62,835 bases of DNA from Candidatus Nealsonbacteria bacterium RIFCSPLOWO2_01_FULL_43_32 (GTDB lineage Bacteria > Patescibacteriota > Minisyncoccia > Minisyncoccales > MHMH01). The stretch spans positions 1 to 62,835 of the forward strand of contig MHMH01000021.1 in NCBI GenBank assembly GCA_001819335.1, read 5' to 3'. Below are positions 53,403 to 62,833 of the stretch, one piece after another (positions within the stretch are counted from its first letter, which is position 1; each line of letters begins with the position of its first letter). A program made the translations under genes and the position numbers. The notes under the pieces are model-generated. The model made no database searches. It was not told the DNA's origin and worked only from the letters and a program-made list of their open reading frames with translations.

Positions 53403-55223
53403 ATGAATATTCTCGGCATTTCGGCATTTTATCATGACAGTGCCGCCGCTTTAATTAGAGACGGCGAAATTATTGCTGCTTGCCAAGAGGAAAGATTTAC
53501 CAGAAAAAAGCATGATTTTGGCTTTCCCTGGAATGCCATCGAGTATTGCTTAAAAGAAGGCAAAATTAAATCCCGGGATTTAGATTGCGTTGCTTTTTAC
53601 GAAAAACCTTTTTTGAAGTTTGAAAGGATTTTGGAAACCTATTTAACTTCGGCCCCTTTCGGCGTCAGATCTTTTCTTAAGGCGATGCCTTTGTGGACAA
53701 AACAGAAAATCTGGACGAAAATCTTGATTCAAAATAAACTCAGTGGGTTCGCGGGCAAAATTTTATTCTCCGAACACCATCTCTCCCACGCTGCCTCTGC
53801 CTTTTATCCCTCACCCTTTGCCCGGTCGGCAATTATCACCGCCGATGCGGTCGGAGAATGGGCCACCGCCAGCATCGGCCGGGGCGAAAAAAACAAGATT
53901 GAGATATTGGAAGAAATAAACTTTCCCCATTCTTTGGGGATGCTTTATTCTGCTTTCACCTATTTCACCGGCTTTAAGGTCAATTCTGCCGAATACAAGG
54001 TTATGGGCTTGGCTCCCTATGGCCAACCCAAATATGTCCGGGTTATTTTAGATAATTTAATTGACCTGAAGGAAGACGGCTCTTTTAAACTGAATATGAA
54101 ATACTTCGATTTTGCCGCAGGAGCAACCATGACCAATGAAAAATTTAATAAACTATTTGGCGGACCTCCCCGAAGCCAAGAAGGTCCTCTGACTCAACGA
54201 GAAATGGATTTAGCCCGCTCTCTTCAGGAAGTAATCGAAATGGCAATGCTAAGGATGGCTGGGCACGCGAAGAAAATTACCGGCTCCGAATACCTTTGTC
54301 TGGCCGGAGGGGTAGCTTTAAACTGCGCAGCCAACGGAAAAATTCTTAGAGAAAACATTTTTAAAGACATCTGGATTCAACCCGCTTCCGGCGATGCCGG
54401 CGGAGCCCTGGGAGCGGCCCTGGCCGTCTGGTATCAATATTTGGGAAAGGAAAGAATGGCGGGCGGAAAAGATGATTTCCAAAAAGGCTCTTATTTGGGG
54501 CCGGAATTCGGCGACGGAGAAGTTTTAGAGTTTTTGGAGAAACACAACATCCCTCATGCTAAATTATCAGAAGAAGAAATCATTAAAAAAACAGCGGAAT
54601 TGATGCAAGAAGGCAATGTCATCGGCTGGTTCCAGGGAAGAATGGAGTTCGGACCTCGAGCCCTGGGATCCAGAAGCATTCTGGGCGACGCTCGTTCTCC
54701 CGAAATGCAAAAGAAAATGAATTTAAAGATTAAATTCCGGGAATCATTCAGGCCCTTTGCCCCTTCGGTCATGGCCGAAGAAGCCCCGAACTTCTTTGAG
54801 ATTGACGGGCCGAGTCCCTACATGCTTTTGACGGCTTATGTCAGGCAAGGAATAAGAAAAGAAATAACTGCGGAGGAGGAAAAACGGTCCGGCCTCGATA
54901 AATTAAACACGGTTCGTTCCGAAATTCCGGCAGTCACTCACCTTGATTATTCGGCGCGGCTCCAAACCGTTGATAAAAACACCAATCCGAAATACTGGAA
55001 ATTAATAAAAGCTTTCCGGGATTTAACCGGCTGCCCGGTCATTGTTAACACCTCTTTTAATGTAAGGGGGGAACCGATCGTCTGCACCCCCATGGATGCC
55101 TATAAATGTTTTATGAGAACCGAAATGGATTATTTGGCGATAGGCAATTTTTTATTAAGCAAAAAGAACCAATCGGCGTTGCACGACGATATGAATTGGC
55201 AGGATATATTTGAACTGGATTAA
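53403..55223 (+). CDS. Carbamoyltransferase (NodU/CmcH/SxtI family)
   Basis: 606 aa. MNILGISAFYHDSAAAL...CQEERFTRKKHD, GGVALNC, QPASGDAGGALGAA and NTSFNVRGEPIVCTP. Confidence 0.92.
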   Translation: MNILGISAFYHDSAAALIRDGEIIAACQEERFTRKKHDFGFPWNAIEYCLKEGKIKSRDLDCVAFYEKPFLKFERILETYLTSAPFGVRSFLKAMPLWTKQKIWTKILIQNKLSGFAGKILFSEHHLSHAASAFYPSPFARSAIITADAVGEWATASIGRGEKNKIEILEEINFPHSLGMLYSAFTYFTGFKVNSAEYKVMGLAPYGQPKYVRVILDNLIDLKEDGSFKLNMKYFDFAAGATMTNEKFNKLFGGPPRSQEGPLTQREMDLARSLQEVIEMAMLRMAGHAKKITGSEYLCLAGGVALNCAANGKILRENIFKDIWIQPASGDAGGALGAALAVWYQYLGKERMAGGKDDFQKGSYLGPEFGDGEVLEFLEKHNIPHAKLSEEEIIKKTAELMQEGNVIGWFQGRMEFGPRALGSRSILGDARSPEMQKKMNLKIKFRESFRPFAPSVMAEEAPNFFEIDGPSPYMLLTAYVRQGIRKEITAEEEKRSGLDKLNTVRSEIPAVTHLDYSARLQTVDKNTNPKYWKLIKAFRDLTGCPVIVNTSFNVRGEPIVCTPMDAYKCFMRTEMDYLAIGNFLLSKKNQSALHDDMNWQDIFELD

Positions 55224-56283
55224 AAACGTGAGCGGTTTAAACCAAGCTGAAAATTTAACGCACATGATTGACCACGCCGATATTTTTATTTGTCCTGCCT
55301 GCGGAGGAGAGGGAGAGTTAAAAATAATCGATGATAATATAGAATGTCCGGGGTGCCGCAACCGTTATCGGGTTGAAGACGGTATTCCGCTTCTTTTTTG
55401 GCCAAACGAATGGAATCCCACGAGGGAAGATGTTACCGATAAAATAAAGTCATTTTACGAAAAAACGCCTTTCCCGAATTATGAAGATTTTGAGGATGTA
55501 GGAAGCCTTATCCAAAAAGCCAAGACGGGGATTTTTGCCCGATTGCTAAACGAACAGATTCCCTTTAATATAAGGGTATTGGAAGCAGGATGCGGCACGG
55601 GCCAGCTCAGCAATTTTTTGGGGACCTCCCACAGGCATGTTTTCGGTACCGACATCTGTCTCAATGCGCTGAAATTAGGCCAGAATTTTAAGATAAAAAA
55701 TGGCTTGGAAAGAGTGGGCTTCTATCAAATGAATTTATTCAGGCCGATTTTTAGAAGAGAAAGCTTCCACCTGGTAATTTGCAACGGAGTTTTACATCAT
55801 ACCAGCGATCCCTATTTGGGATTCGAATCATTGGCTAAGCTGGTAAAGAAAGACGGATATATTATTATCGGTCTTTACAATCGATACGGCAGGTTTATTG
55901 CCGACGTCCGCCATTTTATGTTTAATGTATTCGGAGACCGCTTTAAATTTTTAGACCCTCGTTTGAGAAATAAAGGCATTAATGATATCAGAAAATCTAC
56001 CTGGTTTATGGACCAATATAAGAATCCCCACGAATCTAAACATAGCGTGGGAGAGGTTTTAAAATGGTTTGACCAGACCGGGTTCGAATTTATCAACAGC
56101 ATACCAAAAACGAAAGTTTTTACGGATTTATCTGAACAAGAAAAATTGTTCAGGCCCAATCCCCGCGGGAATCGTCTTGACCATTTCCTGATTCAGTTTC
56201 GGTTGATGCTTACGGGAGGCCGGGAAGGAGGATTTTTTTTAATGATCGGCCGAAAGCAATCAAACAATAATAAAAATGGATAA
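55210..56283 (+). CDS. Trm112-like zinc ribbon fused to a class I SAM methyltransferase
   Basis: 357 aa. CPACGG...CPGCRNRYRVEDGIPLL, then VLEAGCGTGQLS and NGVLHH. Confidence 0.8.
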   Translation: MNWIKNVSGLNQAENLTHMIDHADIFICPACGGEGELKIIDDNIECPGCRNRYRVEDGIPLLFWPNEWNPTREDVTDKIKSFYEKTPFPNYEDFEDVGSLIQKAKTGIFARLLNEQIPFNIRVLEAGCGTGQLSNFLGTSHRHVFGTDICLNALKLGQNFKIKNGLERVGFYQMNLFRPIFRRESFHLVICNGVLHHTSDPYLGFESLAKLVKKDGYIIIGLYNRYGRFIADVRHFMFNVFGDRFKFLDPRLRNKGINDIRKSTWFMDQYKNPHESKHSVGEVLKWFDQTGFEFINSIPKTKVFTDLSEQEKLFRPNPRGNRLDHFLIQFRLMLTGGREGGFFLMIGRKQSNNNKNG

Positions 56284-56680
56284 ATCAAAATTTGGAAATA
56301 AAAAAGAGTGGCGGAAGTTTGGAATCGGCTTGGCGGTTATGCTTTGCTCAATCGGGACCCTGCAATTCATTTTTGACAAGGATTTGTATCCGTATTTTTA
56401 TTTTGCGGCCGCAATGATTTTTTCGGCCAGTCTGATATTTCCGGCGTTGCTTTACCCCGTTTTCGTTGTATTTTGCCGCGTTGGGGTTGGCTTGGGTCTA
56501 TTTACCACCAAACTGGTGTTAATTCTGCTTTTCTATTTTTTATTCGCGCCCCTTGGATTTTTGTTAAAGATGACCGGAAAAGATTTTCTGGATTTAAAAT
56601 TAAATAAGGCGGCCGACACCTATTGGAAAAAAAGAAAAACCGCTGAATTCGATAAAAAGAGTTATGAAAATCAATTTTAG
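56276..56680 (+). CDS. SxtJ-like membrane protein
   Basis: 134 aa, 3-4 TM helices. ...FAPLGFLLKMTGKDFLDLK...YW tail typical of SxtJ-family proteins next to carbamoyltransferases. Confidence 0.6.
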   Translation: MDKSKFGNKKEWRKFGIGLAVMLCSIGTLQFIFDKDLYPYFYFAAAMIFSASLIFPALLYPVFVVFCRVGVGLGLFTTKLVLILLFYFLFAPLGFLLKMTGKDFLDLKLNKAADTYWKKRKTAEFDKKSYENQF

Positions 56681-57827
56681 AAAGTTCAGAGATTATTACA
56701 AATTGACCGCCATCATGCTGTTGAATATTTGCCTGCTGTTTATATTGGTTAATATTCTCGGCTTCGTCGGTATCAATATCAGAGAAAATTACTTCAAACA
56801 AAAGACCGTTATCGCTGAAAAATACGGAGAGGCGGCTCTGGAACGGGTTTATCCCGGGTTGACCGCCCGAGAGATAGCCGAAATCCAAAGAGAAAGCTGG
56901 AGTAATGTGTATCTCTATGAACCTTTTACTCAATTTAAAGAAAGACCCACTTCCGGCAACTACGTTAACGTGGCTGAAGCGGGCTTCAGAATTACAAAAA
57001 ATCAAGGGCCGTGGCCTCCCGATCCGGAAAACTTCAACGTCTTCCTTTTCGGCGGATCTACGACATTTGGCTACGGATTGCCCGATAATCAAACTATCGC
57101 TTCCTATTTGCAGGATTATCTTTCGCAGGTGAAGGAAGAGAGGGTGGCAGTGTATAATTTCGGCCGGGGCGCTTACTTTTCTACCCAGGAAAGGATTTTT
57201 TTTGAACAATTGCTAACTTCCGGCCACATTCCCGATCTGGCTATATTTATTGACGGATTGAATGAATTTTATTTTAACCAACCGCTGTTTACTAAACATT
57301 TGGAACAATTCCAACGATTCAACGGAGAACCCCTTGGGGCTCTGAAATTTTACGGTTCAATGGAAATAAAAAAACTTCCGATTACCAGGCTTGCCCGATT
57401 TTTTGGAGATTTGATTATCAAGAAAGAAGAATTAAGCGAGAAAGTAGCATACAACGACCCTTCTGTAATCAACCAATTAATTAATCGTTATCTTGAAAAT
57501 AAGAAGATCATTGAGGCCGCAGCGGCAGTTTATGAGGTAGCGCCCATTTTTGTCTGGCAGCCCGCTCCGAATTATAAATACGACCTGCAATATCATCTCT
57601 TTGCGGGCAATGGGGATTTTGACGCTAACAATTATATAGAGTACGGATATCCTCAGATAGCAGAGATGTATGAAAAGGGATTGCTGGGAGATAATTTTTT
57701 CTGGCGCGCGGACATCCAAGAAGGAATCAAAGAGCCCCTTTATGTCGACAAGGTTCATTATACTGCCGGGATGTCCCAAAAATTAGCAAAAATAATCGTT
57801 GATTTATTATATAACGGAGCCGACTAA
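56664..57827 (+). CDS. Membrane-anchored SGNH/GDSL-like hydrolase or acyltransferase
   Basis: 387 aa. N-terminal TM helix; FLFGGSTTFGYG (block I-like), FIDGLNEF (block III-like) and DKVHYT (DxxH-like). Confidence 0.5.
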   Translation: MKINFRKFRDYYKLTAIMLLNICLLFILVNILGFVGINIRENYFKQKTVIAEKYGEAALERVYPGLTAREIAEIQRESWSNVYLYEPFTQFKERPTSGNYVNVAEAGFRITKNQGPWPPDPENFNVFLFGGSTTFGYGLPDNQTIASYLQDYLSQVKEERVAVYNFGRGAYFSTQERIFFEQLLTSGHIPDLAIFIDGLNEFYFNQPLFTKHLEQFQRFNGEPLGALKFYGSMEIKKLPITRLARFFGDLIIKKEELSEKVAYNDPSVINQLINRYLENKKIIEAAAAVYEVAPIFVWQPAPNYKYDLQYHLFAGNGDFDANNYIEYGYPQIAEMYEKGLLGDNFFWRADIQEGIKEPLYVDKVHYTAGMSQKLAKIIVDLLYNGAD

Positions 57828-57828
57828 A

Positions 57829-59232
57829 ATGTTAGATATTTTGTTATTGGCGCCTTCGGACGTAGCGGCCTTTGGTAAAATAGATGTAAAAAAAATTGAC
57901 GCCGACCTCTTTCCGCTGGGGATAGCTTATATCGCCGGATTTTGCAGGAAAAAAGGATATTCCGTCGACGTGGTGGACCTTAGATTATTTGGCGATGAGT
58001 GGGAGCAAAAGCTTAAAAATAAAATTATTTCAGAAAAACCGCGTTACGTCGGCCTAAGCTGCGTGACTCCCCTAATCCGGGAATGTCAAACTATCGCCTC
58101 TTACGTCAAAACCATCGATAAAAATATCAAAATCATTGTGGGCGGTCCGCACCCCACCGTCCTTCCCGAAGAAACGGCCAAATTGGCTGAATTTGACATC
58201 ATCGTCATAGGAGAAGGCGAATTTACGGTTGCTGAAATATTAAAGAACGGCGACTTGGGCAAGATTAAGGGAATAATTTATAAAGAAAGCGGTAAATTAA
58301 TCAAAACGGAACCAAGGGAAATCAACATGGACTTAGATCAGCTTCCCTGGCCGACCTACGACCTGATTCCTATTAATAATTATATCAATCCTTTCTTCGG
58401 AAAATCAGTAATTATAGCTACGGGCAGGGGCTGTCCGTTTAAGTGTATTTTCTGCCCCTCTAATTTGATTGGCGGGGGGAAATACAGATTAAGAAACGTG
58501 AAGAATGTGGTGGATGAAATGGAGTTTTTATATAAAAAATATGGCATTAAAGGATTTATGATAATGGATGAGACGTTTACATTATATCCCGATCGCGTAG
58601 TTGAAATTTGCGATGAAATAATCAAAAGAAAAATAAAAATAAAATGGGCCTGCGACACCCGGGTCAATACCGTTTCGGAGGGACTTTTAAGAAAAATGAA
58701 GGAAGCGGGATTTCGATTGATCAAATTCGGGATAGAATCCGGAGACGATGAAATTTTAAAAATAATAAAAAAGGGCATCACCGTAGCTCTGGTTAAAAAA
58801 GCCGTGAAACTCGCCAAAAAGGCAGGTCTAGAAGTCCACGGTTTTTTCATTATCGGCCACCCCTACGATACCGAAGAAACAATTTTAAAAACCATCGGCC
58901 TTGCAAAAGAGTTGCCCTTGGATTTCGCGCAGTTCTCCATTATGGTCCCCTTCCCCGGCACGGAAATTTACAATATGGCAAAACAAGGCAGGGGCATCAC
59001 TCTTTTATCGGATGATTGGAATAATTTTAAAAAATACGGAAAACCGATTATTGAGCTTCCTACGGTTTCAAGGGAAGAACTTGAGAAATTTCATGCCATA
59101 GCTTATAAACAATTTTATTTCAGACCTTCTTATATCATCAAAAGGTTCTTCAAAACAAAGCCGACCGAATATCTAAATTTATTCAATAAGGCCTTGGCAT
59201 TGTTTAATTTCATGAAACAATCTAAAATCTGA
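57829..59232 (+). CDS. B12-binding-domain radical SAM protein (subfamily B)
   Basis: GEGEFTV, GIIYKESGKLIKTEPR and GRGCPFKCIFCPSN. The ATG at 57829 has a GGAG 9 nt upstream. The track start at 57799 is TTG inside the previous gene. Confidence 0.9.
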   Translation: MLDILLLAPSDVAAFGKIDVKKIDADLFPLGIAYIAGFCRKKGYSVDVVDLRLFGDEWEQKLKNKIISEKPRYVGLSCVTPLIRECQTIASYVKTIDKNIKIIVGGPHPTVLPEETAKLAEFDIIVIGEGEFTVAEILKNGDLGKIKGIIYKESGKLIKTEPREINMDLDQLPWPTYDLIPINNYINPFFGKSVIIATGRGCPFKCIFCPSNLIGGGKYRLRNVKNVVDEMEFLYKKYGIKGFMIMDETFTLYPDRVVEICDEIIKRKIKIKWACDTRVNTVSEGLLRKMKEAGFRLIKFGIESGDDEILKIIKKGITVALVKKAVKLAKKAGLEVHGFFIIGHPYDTEETILKTIGLAKELPLDFAQFSIMVPFPGTEIYNMAKQGRGITLLSDDWNNFKKYGKPIIELPTVSREELEKFHAIAYKQFYFRPSYIIKRFFKTKPTEYLNLFNKALALFNFMKQSKI

Positions 59233-59240
59233 TAACTGAA

Positions 59241-60290
59241 ATGTTATTATTATCAAAATTGAATACGGGACTGCGCATGATTCCTGCCATTTTAAAGGCT
59301 AAATACATTAAACCGGTGCCTATTTTTTGCCAATGGGAAATTACCTACAATTGCAATATGGATTGCCAATTTTGCATGCCGAAAAGAAACATCGCGTTAA
59401 AAAAGAGATCCCCCGAATTAACCACAAAAGAAGCGATTGATATCATACGACAACTTGCAGACCTGGGAACCAAGATACTAAATTTCTCCGGCGGAGAACC
59501 AACCTTAAGAAAAGATTTGCCCATCCTTATTAACGAGGCTAAAAAAAGAAAGATGGCCGTGTTTTTCAGTACCAACGGTTCAACGCTTAAAGACACGGCA
59601 AAAAATCTTTGGGAAGCCGATATGATCAGGGTCAGCATAGACGGTCCCAAAGAAATTCACGATAAAATCAGAAGACACCCGGGGGCTTTCGATAAGGCCG
59701 TAGCCGGGATAAAAATATTAAAAAAATACGGGAAAAAACCGATGATTGTAACAGCCGTAAGCAACTTAATGGAATTCAAAGATTTGATATGTATGGCGGA
59801 ACTGGCAAAATCACTGGAAGTCCAAATTGATTTTTCAATGGTGGGAATTTCTCTTCCGGCTACTATCATAAACCCTCAAAAATCAGATTTAATGAAAGAA
59901 CAGACACAACTTGTTTCAAATGTAAACTGGTTTATTGAAAGTATCGCCAAGTTAAAAAAAATGTACGGAAAAACGATCGCGAATCCCAGTATTTATCTTG
60001 AAATGCTTAAAAAGGGAAGTTTGGCTAATTTTGGTTGTAAGGCCCTGACCGCCAATATCTCAATCAAACCCAATGGGGCTGTAGGGTTTCCTTGCGATAA
60101 TTATACAATGGGATTAGCCCAAGGAAATTTAAGAGATATCTATTTCGGTAAAAAAGTCAGCGAGGCAAGGAAGTTAACTGGAAAATTTTGGTTTTGTCAT
60201 CTCTGCTACAGCAGGTGCAATGGTTTTTCAACTATGCTTCTTAAAACAAAACACCTATTGAGCATATTAAAATCTTATAAAAGTTTTTAG
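59241..60290 (+). CDS. Radical SAM protein with SPASM/twitch-like C-terminus (paralogue of 50537-51592)
   Basis: 349 aa. TYNCNMDCQFCMPK, GGEPTLRKD, VSIDGPKEIHDK, and C-terminal GCKAL...PCDN...CHLCYSRC. Confidence 0.85.
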   Translation: MLLLSKLNTGLRMIPAILKAKYIKPVPIFCQWEITYNCNMDCQFCMPKRNIALKKRSPELTTKEAIDIIRQLADLGTKILNFSGGEPTLRKDLPILINEAKKRKMAVFFSTNGSTLKDTAKNLWEADMIRVSIDGPKEIHDKIRRHPGAFDKAVAGIKILKKYGKKPMIVTAVSNLMEFKDLICMAELAKSLEVQIDFSMVGISLPATIINPQKSDLMKEQTQLVSNVNWFIESIAKLKKMYGKTIANPSIYLEMLKKGSLANFGCKALTANISIKPNGAVGFPCDNYTMGLAQGNLRDIYFGKKVSEARKLTGKFWFCHLCYSRCNGFSTMLLKTKHLLSILKSYKSF

Positions 60291-61102
60291 TTTCTTAATA
60301 TTAATATGGTAGCTTCGGGAGGACAAAATAATCTTATGGGCATTGTTTTATTTGCGCCCAATCCCCCGCTGACATGTAAATAATAACCGTGATAATTATA
60401 CAAACCCTTATTGTATGCTCGCTGAAAAGAAGACAAGGCAACAAGAGGCCCGATCGATGGGAAGCGTATTTGACCGCCGTGCGTATGCCCGGAAAGCGCT
60501 AAATTTATTTTAATATTGCCTAATTCTTTTAGTAAATCCGGTATATGACTCAATAAGACAACGTACTCCTCTGGCGAAATATTTGAAAATAGCCCTTTCA
60601 GGGGTATTATTTTTTTTGAAAATCTGTTTGTATTTTTATATCTATCAAGGCCGAAAGGCGCGTCTACGCCAATAATCGTTAAGGGCACCGAGTTAATATT
60701 TATCGTTTTCTTCTCATTGATCAAAATTTGAATGCCGTTTTCTTTTAATCTGCGCCGAAGGAGTTCCAAATTATTTTTCTTAGGCTCGCTCATGAGGCGG
60801 AAAAAAAACGAGTGCAATATATTAAAATCAAATCTATCATGATTGCCGAGACAGGCCCAAATGCCGAATTGGGGGGAAAGTTTTTTCAGATATTTAACGC
60901 ACCACTCGATTCCGTCATTATTATCTATTAAATCGCCGGTTATCAGGACGAGATCGCTTCTAATCTTTTTTAATTTTTCAAAATAACGTTCTATTTTCCT
61001 ATTTCTCCCGGCGAGATGTAAATCAGATATATGAAGAATGCGAAGTCCGTCTAATTTTGAAAAAACATCGCTTAATTTTATATTTATTTCGTTAAGTCTC
61101 AT
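60287..61102 (-). CDS. Calcineurin-like metallophosphoesterase
   Basis: 271 aa. HISDLHL, TGDLID, GNHD and SGHTHGGQ. Confidence 0.85.
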   Translation of the reverse strand: MRLNEINIKLSDVFSKLDGLRILHISDLHLAGRNRKIERYFEKLKKIRSDLVLITGDLIDNNDGIEWCVKYLKKLSPQFGIWACLGNHDRFDFNILHSFFFRLMSEPKKNNLELLRRRLKENGIQILINEKKTININSVPLTIIGVDAPFGLDRYKNTNRFSKKIIPLKGLFSNISPEEYVVLLSHIPDLLKELGNIKINLALSGHTHGGQIRFPSIGPLVALSSFQRAYNKGLYNYHGYYLHVSGGLGANKTMPIRLFCPPEATILILRN

Positions 61103-61121
61103 ATTTTAGGAGATATTCTTG

Positions 61122-62579
61122 CTAAAACCTCCCCTTTATCCTAAATTCGCGCAAGGCGTTAATAAGTTCTTCGCTTTTTCCTTGACCAAGCAAAATAAGC
61201 AATTTGAATGAATCTAAGGGATGTAAAATTGAGAATTTTATTACATCGAATAAAAAAGAAGGCTGCTTAATATATCCCGCTACTGTTTTTTTTAAATTAT
61301 CTTCTAGCAGATTATTGTATATCTTGTGCAATTCTCCAGGAGTAAAATTCATAGTAAACTTGGGAGTTGCGTTACTCTCCCAGCTCAAATCATCGCTCCT
61401 TAAATCCAGCCATTTGTTTTCAAGAGTCTGTTGATAAAGCCCGGTCCCCGGATAGGGAGTCGTAAAGAAAAGACCGATATAGTCCGGTTTTATTTCTTTA
61501 AGCAGTTCTTTTGTTTTTTGAATGTCTTCCATGGTTTCATACGGCGTTCCTATCATAAAAGTCGCCAGCGATCTCAATTTATATTTTTTACAAATTTTAA
61601 AAGCTTTTTTACTTTGCTCCACAGTAATCCCCTTTTTAAGATAATTCAGAATGTTTTGTGAGCCTGATTCTACGCCAAAATCAACCTGCAGACAGCCCGC
61701 CCCTTTTAATGCCGCCGCTTGAGTTTCATTAAAGAAATTTACCCGGGCCTGACAGCCCCATTTTAAGTTCAGGCCTGATTCTCTTAACTTCCTGCAAAAT
61801 TCCACAACTCTCTCCGTTTTTACCGTAAAAGTATCGTCTAAAATATCAAATCCTTCGATCTTATATTTTTCGCTCAAAAACTTTAATTCTTCGATCACAT
61901 CATCAATGTTCCTTTCTCTCACCCCGTAACCATGGGTAAGGGAACTCGCACAAAACGTACACCTCCCCGGGCAGCCTCTTGAGGTAAATACCCAGCCATT
62001 TCTCAGCCAATAGCCCCTGATAGAATAATTTCGGGCCAAATAACGGTCCATGTTAATCAGATTGTAGGCCGGGAACGGTATCTTGTTTACATCCTCATAA
62101 TTGGTTTTGGCGTTTATCCTGATCTTATTATCCGAATCCCTGTAAGCTATCCCGTCTATGCTCTCTTTTTTGATTTTGCCCTGATAATAATCAATAACCC
62201 TCAAAATAGTGCCCTCGCCTTCTCCTAAAATGACGATGCCTGCTCCGGCATTCAACATATCTTCCGGCAAGGCGGTGGCATGCGGTCCTCCGATTACGAG
62301 CGGTATCTCTTTTCTTATTTTCTTAAATGATGAAATTAATTTCCTGACAATCTTCACATGGGCCGTCATGCAGGCGATGCAAATCAGATCCGGTTTTTTG
62401 CCGATAATTTTTTCAACCAGCCCCTCCCTCTCGGGATCAAAATTTTCATTATTATAGGAATCGAATTCGATGATTTCAACCTTATGATTTGCCCTTTCTA
62501 AAACCGCCGCCAAATAAAGCAGACCGAGCGGAGGCGAGAATCCAATCTGGGGATTTATTAAAATTATATTGGCTCTCAT
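61122..62579 (-). CDS. B12-binding-domain radical SAM protein (subfamily B)
   Basis: 485 aa. GEGEGTI, GIAYRDSDNKIRINAKT and SRGCPGRCTFCASS. Confidence 0.9.
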   Translation of the reverse strand: MRANIILINPQIGFSPPLGLLYLAAVLERANHKVEIIEFDSYNNENFDPEREGLVEKIIGKKPDLICIACMTAHVKIVRKLISSFKKIRKEIPLVIGGPHATALPEDMLNAGAGIVILGEGEGTILRVIDYYQGKIKKESIDGIAYRDSDNKIRINAKTNYEDVNKIPFPAYNLINMDRYLARNYSIRGYWLRNGWVFTSRGCPGRCTFCASSLTHGYGVRERNIDDVIEELKFLSEKYKIEGFDILDDTFTVKTERVVEFCRKLRESGLNLKWGCQARVNFFNETQAAALKGAGCLQVDFGVESGSQNILNYLKKGITVEQSKKAFKICKKYKLRSLATFMIGTPYETMEDIQKTKELLKEIKPDYIGLFFTTPYPGTGLYQQTLENKWLDLRSDDLSWESNATPKFTMNFTPGELHKIYNNLLEDNLKKTVAGYIKQPSFLFDVIKFSILHPLDSFKLLILLGQGKSEELINALREFRIKGRF

Positions 62580-62833
62580 TTTTTAGTAATCCTGTTTAGG
62601 TAATTGAACATGTAGCTTAAAACCATATCCGGGTGGCGGACAATGAAATATCCGTATCTCTGTAAAAATATTTTGGGGTTTCTAAGAACAAAGTTAAGAT
62701 TCAGCAGAAGCGTCTCTTTGATATATATCTTTTCCAAATCTCTCTGGGAAAATTCTTCTGTTTCGATATTGGCGCTGGTAAACTCAAACTCCTTAAAGCT
62801 GAAATCCTTTACCAGGTATCCTTTCTCCCGGCA
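62576..62833 (-). CDS. 3' end of a further minus-strand CDS truncated by the window edge
   Basis: Open frame ...FSQRDLEKIYIKETLLLNLNFVLRNPKIFLQRYGYFIVRHPDMVLSYMFNYLNRITKK* ends in a TGA that overlaps the next ATG (ATGA). The tail style resembles the radical SAM C-termini, but this is not diagnostic. Confidence 0.4.
   Translation of the reverse strand, partial: CREKGYLVKDFSFKEFEFTSANIETEEFSQRDLEKIYIKETLLLNLNFVLRNPKIFLQRYGYFIVRHPDMVLSYMFNYLNRITKK

Noticed and set aside
56502-57209. 235-aa minus-strand ORF
   Set aside because: It is entirely antisense to the SxtJ-like and SGNH-like genes, which have recognisable family features and operon coupling. The product is low-complexity and has no motifs, so I read it as a shadow ORF.
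58380-58850. 156-aa minus-strand ORF inside the 57829-59232 radical SAM gene
   Set aside because: It is antisense to a gene with clear B12/CxxxCxxC motifs and has no features of its own. The same reasoning applies to 30302-30742, 12109-12549, 3781-4266, 18096-18494, 38607-38978, 1716-2057 and the other short overlapping track ORFs.
22237-62579. Interpretation of the radical SAM/SPASM-rich region as a RiPP (peptide natural product) cluster
   Set aside because: I found no plausible precursor-peptide ORFs, leader peptidases or ABC exporters. The radical SAM genes are translationally coupled to sugar-nucleotide, glycosyltransferase and cytidylyltransferase genes. I cannot fully exclude a RiPP role without HMM searches for small ORFs.
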